Assembly: GCF_006345805.1 (NCBI RefSeq)
Contig: NC_043005.1
Coordinates: forward strand, 17,174,001-17,238,000
Reading direction: 5' to 3'
Length of the DNA stretch: 64,000 nucleotides
DNA from: Octopus sinensis
Taxonomy: Eukaryota
Shown here: positions 13,080-26,451 of the stretch, piece by piece
Numbering within the stretch: position 1 is the first letter of the stretch
How the letters are laid out: the number at the start of each line of letters is the position of its first letter
The notes under the pieces: model-generated
Databases searched by the model: none
The model's input: only the letters and a program-made list of their open reading frames with translations
Told to the model about the DNA's origin: nothing
Translations under genes and position numbers: made by a program

Positions 13080-14483
13080 TTCTGAAAGAAAAAGAGAGAT
13101 GGAAAAAAAAAAAACAATGATGAAAATATGAGGCTTGAAACTGAATCCTTCCCCTCCAAATGTGGAATGTACAATCATAGAGCAAAGCGTGACCAAATAG
13201 TTTCTACTATACAACCACCAAAGAATTCAATAACTGTTTGAAGATGATACCATACCTAAATAGAAATTGAACAACCACAACAGAATTTGAAGTCCTGCTA
13301 GAAAGAAATTGATTACATCCTCAGAAAACACCTTTAAATTTGACCACTGACCAATTAATGCCTAGTTTAAACCGAAAATATTTAAGACTTGCCATCCAGA
13401 AAACGTAGAAATGAACTACAAGAAAATCCCTGACTACAGCAAAACAAAACAAAACAAAACAAAAAAAAGCAGGACTGAATGTTTAAGATGTCTGAAATCA
13501 AGATACAAAGATGACCCAACAATAATAGAAAAGTTAAAACAAGAGAAACAAGCTAAAGCACACACTATCAGAAGATGCGAAAAATAACCTGCTTTTTGAA
13601 TGACTAAAACAAATCAAACAGGGTGAAGTACTGTGGTACCAACTCGGCCATACTAACAATAGTAAGGACTACTAGAAAGATGATGATGATGATGATAAAG
13701 ATGATAACATTGGTGATACTAAAATACTCAACAATGCACAATATAATTGCAATATGATCACTGAAAGAAAACACCAAATCATTGGTTTATTATTATCATT
13801 ATTATTATCATACAACATATATCAACAATAAAAATGTATTTGTATTTTGGAAATGATCAGAAGATTGAGAAGAAAAGGGCAGGTCTAGGGAAATGTGGAA
13901 GGGAGGTGGGGCTAGGATGGCAGGTCTTGGGAAAGAGGGCAATCAATCAAAACAATAAAAAATAGATAAATATATATAAAAAGTACATAAAATTTTGCTT
14001 CTGGTTTGATATCTTTTTTTTAGTTGTTGTAAACATGTACTTGCTGTTTAATATGATGACGATGGTGATGATAATGGCGTGGTGATGGTGATAGTGATTA
14101 TGGTGGTGATGATGATGATGGTGCAATGGTGATGATGGCGGCAGTGACGGTGGTGACAAATCAATAAAAATGGTCTGTGTTTGGCAATGGTTAGAATTGA
14201 TGGTTCTGTTTATTGAAAAAATTTCGAATTTCAAATATACCATTTACTACAGAGTAGAGTAAGGTGATGATATATACATACATACACATACATGTGTGTG
14301 TATGTATGTATGTATATATCTAAGGGTGAGAAAAAAAAAGAAAAACATCAATAGTACATATGCATATAAACAACAATAAAAATAAAACCTTCCCACAAAA
14401 CAGATGCCCCAACATTTTTTAAACTATTTTAAAAACAAACAAGTATAATACACACACACACACACATATTTTTACAATGTATA

Positions 14484-14522
<39 letters not shown>

Positions 14523-14579
14523 AATAAACTTTAGCAATACTACAACTACAAGTAACAAGAACACAAGAATAACATCAAC

Positions 14580-14588
14580 AACTACAAC

Positions 14589-14625
<37 letters not shown>

Positions 14626-14650
14626 TGATGATGATGATGATGATGATAAT
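14580..14650. repeat. Compound (AAT)n(GAT)n microsatellite
   Basis: Seen directly in the sequence. Confidence 0.9.
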
Positions 14651-16712
14651 AATAAAGATAGCAAGATATATAAACCTGCAGAGTAACTACTTTGTTTACT
14701 CTCCACAGTGAGGCTGAAATTGTACACGTATTAAAAAAAATATAGGTATATCTTACACTGTGAAACGCATTATGAATTTATACATATCACACACACGTGT
14801 GTATGTTTGTGTGTGCATGTGTGTGAGAGAGAGAGAGTATTGTATATGTATGTGGTGTGTGTGTGTATATATATTTTATATATGTATACATATATACACA
14901 CAAAACAAATAAAACAGGATTATCAAATCAATTTAAACCAAAAAAAAAATGTTCGAACATGTTACAGTCAGAAAAAAAAAGAAGAATAAAAAAAAAACTA
15001 TAATAACAATAAAAAAAAAAAACAAATAAAATGCCTGGCAAAAATATGGGCCAACGAGTATTTTGGGTAAGAAACAGGAAACAGACCATCTTATATAAAC
15101 TAATGCATAAGCAACATGCAGTGATAGCAGATTTAGTATAGTTACCATTGCAGCATCTGAAATCTAGAAGCAGATAGTTTTGCATAAACACATTTTTGAT
15201 TTTAAGATTGTTGTTGGTTTTTCTTTAGTTGGGATGTTTGGTATTTGGTGGTGGTGGTGGTTGTGTTGTTGTTGGAGGTAGTAGTAATGATGTGTGTGCA
15301 TGCGTAGACATACACATGTTTTCATTTATGTGTGGGGTGCATAGATGCTTCACAGATATGCATGTCAGTGCATATGAATTTGACGGTCTATTTATTATTG
15401 TATGTGTGTGTGTGTATTTTAGCAGATGTGGCCAAGTGGTTAAGATGATGTTCGCTTCATAACCAAGAGGTTCTGGATTCAATCCCACTTTGTGGCATCT
15501 TGGGCAAGTTCCTTTTCCCTATAGCCTCAAGTCAACCTGTTCCTTGTGAAGGAAGCCGGGTAGACAGAAACTGCAAAGGACATAGGATGGATTGGATATA
15601 CCTGCAATTCAAAGAGACTAAACTTATCAAACACTGCTGTCTCGAGCTGGTTTTGTCTGACAATTATGTTAAGGATATAAGTGACTGTGGTATACTCAGC
15701 CACCTACATTACAATTCAATGAGCAGGAAGTGTCATCGATTGAACAACTGGCATACTCATTGTGGATGCCAGTGGAGATTCATTAAAATTAATTAAAGTG
15801 TTTTACCATGCAGGTCGGTGAGAATAAACAAACATGAATAGATGTTTGCATGGGGATTTTTGAGATGCATTCACACACATTTGTGTGTGTGTGTGAGAGC
15901 ATATGTGTGTGTGTGTGTATTAATGTGCATAAGTGCTAATGATGTGTGTGAGAGAGATGTCAGTGAGAAATGTCAGCTAAGTGATGAAGGGGAAGTTCCA
16001 AACAACATTACATCACGGTAAACTAGGATACCGTCTTATAAAAATACATTTTCATATTCAAATAACATCTCGCACATATATAGACAAGAACAAGGTGTAC
16101 ATGTTTGAATGTACATATACACATACACACATTATACTGCAAACATGAAATAAATATACAAGGTAAAAAAATATATTAGTAGTACATCCTATATATACAT
16201 TCCAGACAGGTACATATGCATATAGACATAGATATATATATAAATATGCAGACATACACACACGTACTAGGGTGTATTGAAAACTGTCTACACAGATGAT
16301 AACTAAGACACAGTTTGATCAAAATAGCCTGTACTATATTATATATATTATTATTATTAGGGAATATAATTCCAAACTTACAGGGAAAAATTCAATTTAG
16401 AAATACTAAATCAAATTTCACAAAATATAATATATATATGTATAAATTTAAAAAATAATAATCTTTGACCTGAGGAGTGGCTATATTTAAATTGAATTGA
16501 TTTTAATGTTATCAGTTCTTAAATATAGCCACGAAACATGTGTAGTCATTTTACCAAATATATATGTTTTATTTATTATTTTGTACAATACTTAATCATT
16601 GGTATATGGTTTTATCTTAGATTTAATTTTTTCTTTAGGATGCAATTTTTTTCTATATGGTATAATTAAATTTTTTCATTGTTGAATTGATAAAAGGTGG
16701 GGTTTTTTTCTA

Positions 16713-16747
<35 letters not shown>

Positions 16748-17507
16748 GTATTTGAGAGTCAGAGAGAGTGCGTGTGTGTGTGCGCATATATATATATATA
16801 TATATATATAAATGAGCATTCATATTAGAAATTTGATATAATGGATACAGAAACAGGCTATGTTAAATAATAATAAGATAAACAAATAGTGAATAAATCG
16901 AATATTTACAATTGCAAAGAAACAGAGGGCTTTTGGATTAAAAGCCAAAAATACAATTACAACTGCTGAAATCTTGAAATCCAATATGAATTAATATTTA
17001 CTGATGAATTTCATTAAGAAAATTTGATTATGAATGAATTTGTATATACATAAATATGGGTCATGTTGAAATAAAATATTTTAACAACAGTATTTCTTCA
17101 TGTAAGGGACTTTGACAAAGATCTCTATGGATGTTATATAAATATCTATATCCACACACACACACACACAGAGTAGTATCTGGAATATTGATATATAAAA
17201 TACTGCTCAGAAAAGTGCTGAATAACACTAAAAATTGGGACACTTTCCGGTTTGTGATTTAAATATGCGTTTCCAACAGTAGATAGAATCAATGCTGACC
17301 TACGTCCAAACTATCTTCAGTGGGGGACAAAAATGAATAGGGGTAGGTGATGTATTGGGTTTTTACTTTTACTTTTTGTATGAAATAAAAAAAAAATAAA
17401 ATAAAATAAAAAGATATGACAGAAGCTGGAATACTGCGAACTTTGCAAAGAGCTTCACAGAAGAATTCGAATGATTAAAGCTGAAAACAAAAATTCAATT
17501 TGTGAGT

Positions 17508-17677
17508 AGGCGCAGGAGTGGCTGTGTGGTAAGTAGCTTGCTAACCAACCACATGGTTCCGGGTTCAGTCCCACTGCGTGGCATCTTGGGCAAGTGTCTT
17601 CTGCTATAGCCCCGGGCCAACCAATGCCTTGTGAGTGGATTTGGTAGACGGAAACTGAAAGAAGTCTGTCGTATATA

Positions 17678-17772
<95 letters not shown>

Positions 17773-17977
17773 TGTGTGTGTGTCTGTGTTTGTCCCCCTA
17801 GCATTGCTTGACAACCGATGCTGGTGTGTTTACGTCCCCGTCACTTAGCGGTTCGGCAAAAAGAGACCAATAGAATAAGTACTGGGCTTACAAAGAATAA
17901 GTCCCAGGGTCGATTTGCTTGACCAAAGGTGGTGCTCCAGCATGGCCGCAGTCAAATGACTGAAACAAGTAAAAGAG
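17508..17977 (+). mobile_element. Family A SINE, full length
   Basis: Head AGGCGCAGGAGTGGCTGTGTGG...GGTTCAGTCCC, then a (TA)n(TG)n insert, ending CTGAAACAAGTAAAAGAG. Confidence 0.9.
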
Positions 17978-18504
17978 TATTGAGATATATGGTTGAATAA
18001 AAATCTCTGGGTAAGAGCCAAGTACTTCACTGTATATAAAATATATTGTCAATGGGAATTAAACACTGTTGCATATTAACATTATCTACTTTTCTATGCT
18101 TGCATGGGTCAGATGGAATATATTGAGGCAGATTTCGAACAGCCAGATGCCCTTCTTGTCATCAACCCTCACCTGGTTTCAAGCAAGGTAATATTTCACC
18201 ATGGCCGAACATAAGTACATGAAAAATTAAAAACAAAGGACACTGTCTCTATGACAGTGATGTTTTATTTTTGCAACCATCATGTCTTGTGAAGACAAGG
18301 ACACACACACACAGAAAATAGGCTACTTTCAGTTTCCATCTCCCAAATCTACTTAAAAAAGCTTTGGTTGATCTGAATTACAATAAAAAAAAAAAAAATA
18401 AAATAAAAAGATATGACAGAAGCTGGAATACTGCGAACTTTGCAAAGAGCTTCACAGAAGAATTCGAATGATTAAAGCTGAAAACAAAAATTCAATTTGT
18501 GAGT

Positions 18505-18674
18505 AGGCGCAGGAGTGGCTGTGTGGTAAGTAGCTTGCTAACCAACCACATGGTTCCGGGTTCAGTCCCACTGCGTGGCATCTTGGGCAAGTGTCTTCTG
18601 CTATAGCCCCGGGCCAACCAATGCCTTGTGAGTGGATTTGGTAGACGGAAACTGAAAGAAGTCTGTCGTATATA

Positions 18675-18734
<60 letters not shown>

Positions 18735-18987
18735 GTGTGTGTGTGTGTGGTGTGTGTGTGTGTGTGTGTGTGTGTGTTGTGTGTGTGTGTGTGTCTGTGT
18801 TTGTCCCCCTAGCATTGCTTGACAACCGATGCTGGTGTGTTTACGTCCCCGTCACTTAGCGGTTCGGCAAAAAGAGACCGATAGAATAAGTACTGGCTTA
18901 CAAAGAATAAGTCCCGGGGTCGATTTGCTTGACCAAAGGTGGTGCTCCAGCATGGCCGCAGTCAAATGACTGAAACAAGTAAAAGAG
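18505..18987 (+). mobile_element. Family A SINE, full length (duplicated with the 1-kb unit)
   Basis: Near-identical to 17508-17977. Confidence 0.9.
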
Positions 18988-19934
18988 TATTGAGATATAT
19001 GGTTGAATAAAAATCTCTGGGTAAGAGCCAAGTACTTCACTGTATATAAAATATATTGTCAATGGAATTAAACACTGTTGCATATTAACATTATCTACTT
19101 TTCTATGCTTGCATGGGTCAGATGGAATATATTGAGGCAGATTTCGAACAGCCAGATGCCCTTCTTGTCATCAACCCTCACCTGGTTTCAAGCAAGGTAA
19201 TATTTCACCATGGCCGAACATAAGTACATGAAAAATTAAAAACAAAGGACACTGTCTCTATGACAGTGATGTTTTATTTTTGCAACCATCATGTCTTGTG
19301 AAGACAAGGACACACACACACAGAAAATAGGCTACTTTCAGTTTCCATCTCCCAAATCTACTTAAAAAAGCTTTGGTTGATCTGAATTACAATAAAAAAA
19401 AAAAAAAACACTCAATCTATTACCGCACAGTAGGAATGAACCTGAAACTATATATACTGGGAAGCAAGCTTCTTAAATCACCCGGCCAAGCCTGTCCCAC
19501 ATATTAATTTAATATGTGCAAACACAGCCGTAAAATATAGCCACGAAACATGTGTAGTCATTTTACCAAATATATATGTTTTATTTATTATTTTGTACAA
19601 TACTTTAATCATTGGTATATGGTTTTATCTTAGATTTAATTTTTTCCTTAGGATGCAATTGCTGGAAACACGTGTCTGCCCATGTAATTTGACAGGAAGT
19701 GGTCATACTCTTATCGTGTTAATACATGTAAGAACATCTCAATTTTTAGTGGTTTTTTGGATTTCTGTTGGTGATATTTTATAAAATCAATATTCCAGAT
19801 AAATTCATATTTTTCACACTTGTGATGGGGACCTTGTAGAATAAGTACCAAATGAGAATAAGGAATGGGCTCAATAGGACTGAAGGGAAACCAAAGACAG
19901 CATCCAGTAACTGAATCCAGTGAAAAACTGGTAT

Positions 19935-20361
19935 ATAAATATACATACACACACACACATACATACATACATTTACATACACACACACATATATACATAT
20001 ACACACACAATTATATACACATGCACACATATACATACCTATATATACACATATATACATAACTGTATATACATACACACACACATATATATACATACAT
20101 ATATATATACACATACATATACACCACACATATATATACATACATACATATATATATACACATACATATACACACACATATATATACATACATATATACA
20201 TACATATAATATATATATATATATACACACATATATACATATATATACATACATATATATATACATACATATACACACATATATATACACACACATATAT
20301 ATATACATACATATATATATATTACACATACATATACACACATATATATACACATACATAT

Positions 20362-20408
<47 letters not shown>

Positions 20409-20540
20409 CATATACATACACACACACATATATATACATACACTCATACATGCATAAAAATAATGATGTAGATAAACACACTTGGGTTTAATATATAAAA
20501 TGTATATTCATACATACTTATATACATGTAAATATATATG
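19935..20540. repeat. Large imperfect (TA)/(CA) microsatellite field
   Basis: Seen directly in the sequence. It is the source of several YIYI/HTHT pseudo-ORFs. Confidence 0.95.
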
Positions 20541-20870
20541 GGGGGTATATATAGTGAAAAAATAACTGAAGATATTCAGAGGATGAACACTCGTGTATAA
20601 GCAGAGATGTTTATATATTTACAAAGCAAATTTACATGGTGCACAAAAATTACAGAAAACAGTAAAGTTTATACACTTCCTCTACTGGTTGCACATCCTT
20701 GACTTTTTGCATGCTCCATCTGTCAATTCTGGACATTACAACTATTACATAATCCCCAGCCCCCGCGAAACAGCTGTCGGACTTGAAATACCATACCCTT
20801 CTCCCTTAGTTTTCTGTATTTTATGTATGCCATGTAAATTTGCATGCATATATATATGTATGTATATAAA

Positions 20871-20930
<60 letters not shown>

Positions 20931-21022
20931 GATAAATCTCAGAGCGAGTTATGGCAAATATGCGTCACTATATATATATATATATGTATGTATATAAACT
21001 AATATATATATATAATATATAT

Positions 21023-21055
21023 AAGCATGTATGTATGTATATAATATACACACAC

Positions 21056-21086
<31 letters not shown>

Positions 21087-21105
21087 AGCATGTATGTATA
21101 TAATA

Positions 21106-21142
<37 letters not shown>

Positions 21143-21156
21143 CATGTATGTATATA

Positions 21157-21197
<41 letters not shown>

Positions 21198-21210
21198 CAT
21201 GTAGTATATA

Positions 21211-21241
<31 letters not shown>

Positions 21242-21281
21242 TCTATATATATATATATAAGCATGTATGTATATAATATAC

Positions 21282-21321
<40 letters not shown>

Positions 21322-21380
21322 CATGTATGTATATAATATACATATATATATATATATATATATAAGCATGTATGTATATA

Positions 21381-21423
<43 letters not shown>

Positions 21424-21470
21424 CATGTATGTATATAATATACATATATATATATATATATAGATATATA
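21023..21470. repeat. Compound minisatellite: AAGCATGTATGTATATAATATACA core plus variable (TA)n, 8 units
   Basis: The core starts at about 21023, 21086, 21140, 21195, 21259, 21319, 21364 and 21421. Confidence 0.9.
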
Positions 21471-21497
21471 TTACATGTATGTATATATACAAATAAA

Positions 21498-21529
<32 letters not shown>

Positions 21530-21843
21530 CACTTACATATACATACATATATATTATATAGATATATATGTATGTACAAATATATTACACACACACATAT
21601 TCAATAAGGTTGAGGGAAAAAATGATTTTGCTGCTGAAAAATGAAAATATAATTACCAAAACACTCAGCACACACAAAAGAAGCGAAATGTACACTGTAC
21701 ATTTTGTATGTTTGTATAGATCATTTTTCAACAGACAAAAAAATTATATAAAATTACACACATACACACACACAAATAAGTGAAGACATTACCAAGAGTC
21801 AAATATCCATATATATATATATATATAAGCATGTATGTATATA

Positions 21844-21877
<34 letters not shown>

Positions 21878-21903
21878 TACATGTATGTATATATACAAAT
21901 AAA

Positions 21904-21935
<32 letters not shown>

Positions 21936-22236
21936 CACTTACATATACATACATATATATTATATAGATATATATGTATGTACAAATATATTACACACAC
22001 ACATATTCAATAAGGTTGAGGGAAAAAATGATTTTGCTGCTGAAAAATGAAAATATAATTACCAAAACACTCAGCACACACAAAAGAAGCGAAATGTACA
22101 CTGTACATTTTGTATGTTTGTATAGATCATTTTTCAACAGACAAAAAAATTATATAAAATTACACACATACACACACACAAATAAGTGAAGACATTACCA
22201 AGAGTCAAATATCCATATATATATATATATATATAT
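21421..22236. repeat. 406-bp direct tandem duplication
   Basis: The unique block TCAATAAGGTTGAGGG...CCAAGAGTCAAATATCC recurs with a 406-bp offset (for example AATGATTTTG at 21621 and 22027). Confidence 0.9.
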
Positions 22237-22689
22237 AAATGAATAAATATGTAAACCAAATATGAATGAAACCTATTGCCTCTGTTTTGTCTTTGGACAT
22301 ACAACCCCTCCCCCCAACTACATACATTTTTTTTAGAGAAATTTTCTTCCCAGTTCCCCTTATTTTGCACCACTGTTTAATATCCTCTACGCAACCACTG
22401 CCAAAAAGTTTTATAAACCCTTTATTTTACCCTGTTTTTCTACCACAATCACCACCCAATAGCCACTGGCTCTATTTCTCACCCGACTCTTTCTTTGACC
22501 CTTTAGTATTTAAACCGGCCATATCTGGCCCTATTATTCTACCTGATTTATGTTAAAACTGACCAGATCAAACCTTTCACACCTGCCCTACAATGTCATT
22601 CTAAAAAATATATGAACATGCCATTGAAATTTTGAAGCTACAAAATAATGTGCGATTAATTCAAAACAATGTGAATAAATAAGCAATAT

Positions 22690-23020
22690 ACTGGCTCAGT
22701 GGTAAGAGTGTTGGGTCCAAAATCATGAGGTACTGAGTTCAATTCCTGGACTGGGCTGTGTTGTGTTCTTGAGCAAGACATTTTATTTCATGTTGCTCCA
22801 GTTCACTCAGCTGTAGAAATGAGTTGTGACGTCACTGGTGCCAAGCTGTATTGGCCCCTTTGCTTTTCTCTTGGATAGCATTAGTGGCATGGAGAGGGGA
22901 GACTGGTATGCAGGGGTGACTGCTGGTCTTCCATAAAACAACCTTGCCCAGACTTGTGTCTCAGAGGGGAACTTTCTAGGTGCAATCCCAGAGTCATTCA
23001 TGACCGAAGGGGGTCTTTAC
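22690..23020 (+). mobile_element. tRNA-derived SINE (family D)
   Basis: Head GGCTCAGTGG...GTTCAATTCC, core TTCTTGAGCAAGACA..TTTCATGTTGCTCCAGTTCACTCAGCTG. Homologous to 54603-54930. Confidence 0.8.
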
Positions 23021-24096
23021 TCCCTTTTTTTTTTCTACATTTGTCTAAGGAATCTGAATGCTAAAAGCCTAACCCTTTTGATACCAACCTTTCTGAGATT
23101 TCCCTTAGTTCTATGACATGCACTTCTTGTTTTATCTCTCTTTAATTCCAGGAGCAGTGCCTGAATCAAAACCACTCTTTCATTGTTTTGTTTTTTTTAA
23201 TTAATCATGCATTATCTTTTAGCTTCAAGATTTTGATGATGTGCTTGTTTATATTTGTAATAACATAGTAGGGCAGGCGTAAGAGGCCAGATCTGGCCAG
23301 TTTGAACAAAAAACACTTAGAATGTTTAGGCCAGATACAACTGGTTTAAATGCTGAAAGGTTAAAGTGACTAAAATCAAAACCTTAAGGGCGCAGTTATT
23401 TTACTAAATTCTTTATCAATTTTGAAATTAATTGACACAAAGGCAGTGTGTTTCAACAGAAAAATGGTAACAAAAGTTTAAGGTTTAAGTTCACAACCAT
23501 TGCCATCTCTAACCACATAAAATCTTCCTTCCACTGACTCTCACTAAATCACTATGGCATTGATCAGCCACTTCATTCCAGATTCATCTTCCTAACGTAA
23601 ACACTGTTGATCTGCTTCATATCACCTTTACAAGAACACCTTCTTTCCTCTCTCAACAAACTCTCACTGTACCTCACACAGGAATAATATTACCACCTCC
23701 TCTTTACATCATTCACTGGTGCCACAACACCTTCCCTTGGAACTTACCAGCAGTTTACGGTCAGACCATAGCTGAAAGTGATAGTTTAAAATCCTAGTAA
23801 ATATGACTAACATTTTATTTACCAACAGTATTTCACACCTTCACACACAAATACATGGAAATATCTACCATTTTTATGAACATAATATATATTTAGTGCT
23901 GCTGTGGTTTACTCAACCAAAACCTTGTTCGTATGAAGAAGCAAACCATCACACACACACACATACACATACACACTTGAATAAAACATGGAAGCACTGG
24001 TTTATATATATTTTCAATATGAAACTCTGCCAACAAATGCTTATTATATATGTATCCTAATATAATATATACATAAATGTACATATATACATATGT

Positions 24097-24395
24097 GGAG
24101 GCGCAATGGCCCAGTGGTTAGGGCAGCGGACTCGCGGTCGTAGGATCACGGTTTCGATTCCCAGACCGGGCGTTGTGAGTGTTTATTGAGCGGAAACACC
24201 TAAAAGCTCCACGAGGCTCCGGCAGGGGGTGGTGGCGATCCCTGCTGCACTCTTTCGCCACAACTTTCTCCTGTTGGCCTGCTCACTTAGCCAGCAGGAT
24301 GGCGTCATTTGAAGGCTAAAACAATGCGAAGCGCATTGTGACCAGCGATGTGTAGCAACATCTGATAGCCTGGTCAGTCACTGTGATCACGGTGA
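24097..24395 (+). mobile_element. Family B SINE, alternative 3' tail
   Basis: It has the same head as 4400. The 3' part is GGCGTCATTTGAAGGC...GTGACCAGCGATGTGTAGCAACATC...CACGGTGA. Confidence 0.85.
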
Positions 24396-26451
24396 CATAT
24401 ATACATATAAAAAGGGTAAAAGGTATACACCTAGAAAGTTACCCTCTGAGGTACAAGCCCAAGCAAGGTTTGTTTATGGAAGACTAGTGGTCACTCATGC
24501 CCTCTCCACGCCACCGATGTTATCCAAGGGAAAGGCAAAGGCTGATACAGTTTGGCACCAGTGATGTCACAGCTCATTTCTACAGCTGACTGGACTGGAA
24601 CAACATGAAATAAAGAGTCTTGCTCAAGAACACAACACAGAGCCTGGTACAGGAATTGAACTCTCTACCTCATTATTGCATACATATACATACATACACA
24701 CATACGTGTATGTATGTTTATATATATATATCATCATCATCATCAGAAAACGGACGCTAAACGATGATGATGATGATGATGATGATGATATATATATATA
24801 TATAAACATACATACACACATACATACATATATATATATATATAAACAAGTTTTTTACACACTAATTAAAGTACTCAATGCATTAATTTATAGAGTCAAA
24901 CAGATTAGTTTTTTTTTAATGACTAGCTACAGTTTATAATTGTTTCAATCCATCATGGTGTTTTCAAAGCAAGTAATTTAAGCCTGTGCAACAGGCTGAA
25001 TAAATAGTTTACAGAGAAAGTGAGAAGTGTGGGAAAAAAAAGAGAGAAAGAAGAGAATAAAGGAATTAAAAGAAGAAGAAAGAAAAAGAGGAAAGAAAGG
25101 AAAAGGAAATAGAAGCTGAAGCAGCTAGAAGATGAGAGACTGAAGTAAGAAGAAATGCCGGGAGGTTATAGTCAAAGTAGATGGTTTTGGATGATGGTGT
25201 GGGATACAGGGTAGGGGAAAAAATTGGAATCTTTGAATAATGAGAGATTAAAATGTTTTCTCGAAATGTAAAAAGCACCTGGACTGGTGTCACTTAAAAA
25301 GCACCCAGTACAGCCTGTAAAGTGGTTGGCATTAGGAAGGGCATCCAACTGTAGAAACCACGCCAAAACTGACAACTGGAGCCTGGTGCAGTTCTCCAGC
25401 CATGCCAGTTTCTGTCAAACTGTTCAACCCATGCCAGCATGGAGAAGAAAAATGTTGAAAACTGTCCTTGTCGTTTTAATGTCCATTTTCCCATGTTTTC
25501 AGGAGTCAAATGGAATTCATTTGATGCTGATTTTCAATGGACAAATGCCATTCCTGTTGCTAACCTTCAACTACTATCAAGTGAAGTAATATCTCCCCCC
25601 CTGGCCAGACATGTTTGGATGATTGCAAATGAAGGACACCTCTTGTATGACAGTGACACAACTATTATGCAGTGTCACGACAAGGAGACAAACAACCCAC
25701 ATGTTCACACACACAGAGCAAGCTTCATTCAGTTTCCATCAACCAAATCCACTCACAAGGGTTGGTTAGTTTTGGGTTATAGTAGAAGACACTTGCCAAA
25801 AGGTGCCGTGCAGTGGGATCAAACCTGAAACCGTTTGGTTGGAAGCAAACTTTTCAATCGTACAACCATGTCTGTTCATGTAAACAGAATCCTGACCATA
25901 ATGCTAAAACGCACGCACATAAATAAATATATGCCAAGGAAGAATAAAGGATTTATTGCACTCATAAATGTACTCAAATGATCAAATATAGGTAAATGAA
26001 GGCAATGAAAAGAATATTTCAAAATGTGAAATTTTGAACTTTTAGTAAAATGAATGGAGTAAAACTAGTAAGGGGGGGACGAGGATGGAAGTTACGGATG
26101 GAAAAGAACTTCTAGGGTACGAATTTGTTTATGTCACATGTCGAGAGGGAAGAGGAGGAGAAGGAAAGGAGAGGGAGGGGCTTCTCTGAAAGTTCATAGG
26201 AAAAGGTGTGTGTTGTGGGGGGTGGGAAACAACTGAAATTAATTCAATTGTTTAGAATTAGGGTATTGTGCACCGGGTGGGTGGGTATATTCAACCGTGT
26301 GTCATGTTTTATTTCAGTAAGAAACGGGTTGTGCGTTTGTCTGACCTCCCTCCTGAACTCAGGTTCACTATCCAGAATCTTCCATGTATTGTTTGTGCCC
26401 TGCCATCCAATTCAGTCTCTACACTCACAAAAGAATTTAGGAGAGTAGAGT

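Larger units (their letters stand above)
17396..19408. repeat. ~1-kb direct tandem duplication (17396-18398 / 18399-19408)
   Basis: GATATGACAGAAGCTGG occurs at 17413 and 18410. Both units end in TTGATCTGAATTACAAT-poly(A). They differ by only a few substitutions and indels plus microsatellite length. Confidence 0.9.

Noticed and set aside
17423-17501. Plus-strand KLEYCELCKELHRRIRMIKAENKNSI ending at GTGAGT
   Set aside because: The acceptor region is purine-rich, the donor abuts the SINE junction, and the same bases give a stronger acceptor on the opposite strand.
19850-19930. Minus-strand [18 protein letters not shown] resembling the HGF PAN-domain CLWFPF motif
   Set aside because: The match is short, there is no good donor, the acceptor abuts a microsatellite, and the ORF continues into a repeat also seen at about 17170-17230.
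21023-21470. CRISPR-like repeat-spacer appearance
   Set aside because: The spacers are only (TA)n, the DNA is eukaryotic, and there are no cas genes.
19779-21594. Long ORFs (130-208 aa) of YI/HT/CV repeats here and at 32.3, 38.3-39.5 and 53.4 kb
   Set aside because: They are translations of (TA)n/(CA)n/(TG)n microsatellites, which lack stop codons in several frames.
26318-26362. Plus-strand KKRVVRLSDLPPELR (F-box- or RRM-like) after a strong acceptor
   Set aside because: The donor is weak (GTTCAC), the motif is too short, and no consistent plus-strand gene model could be built.
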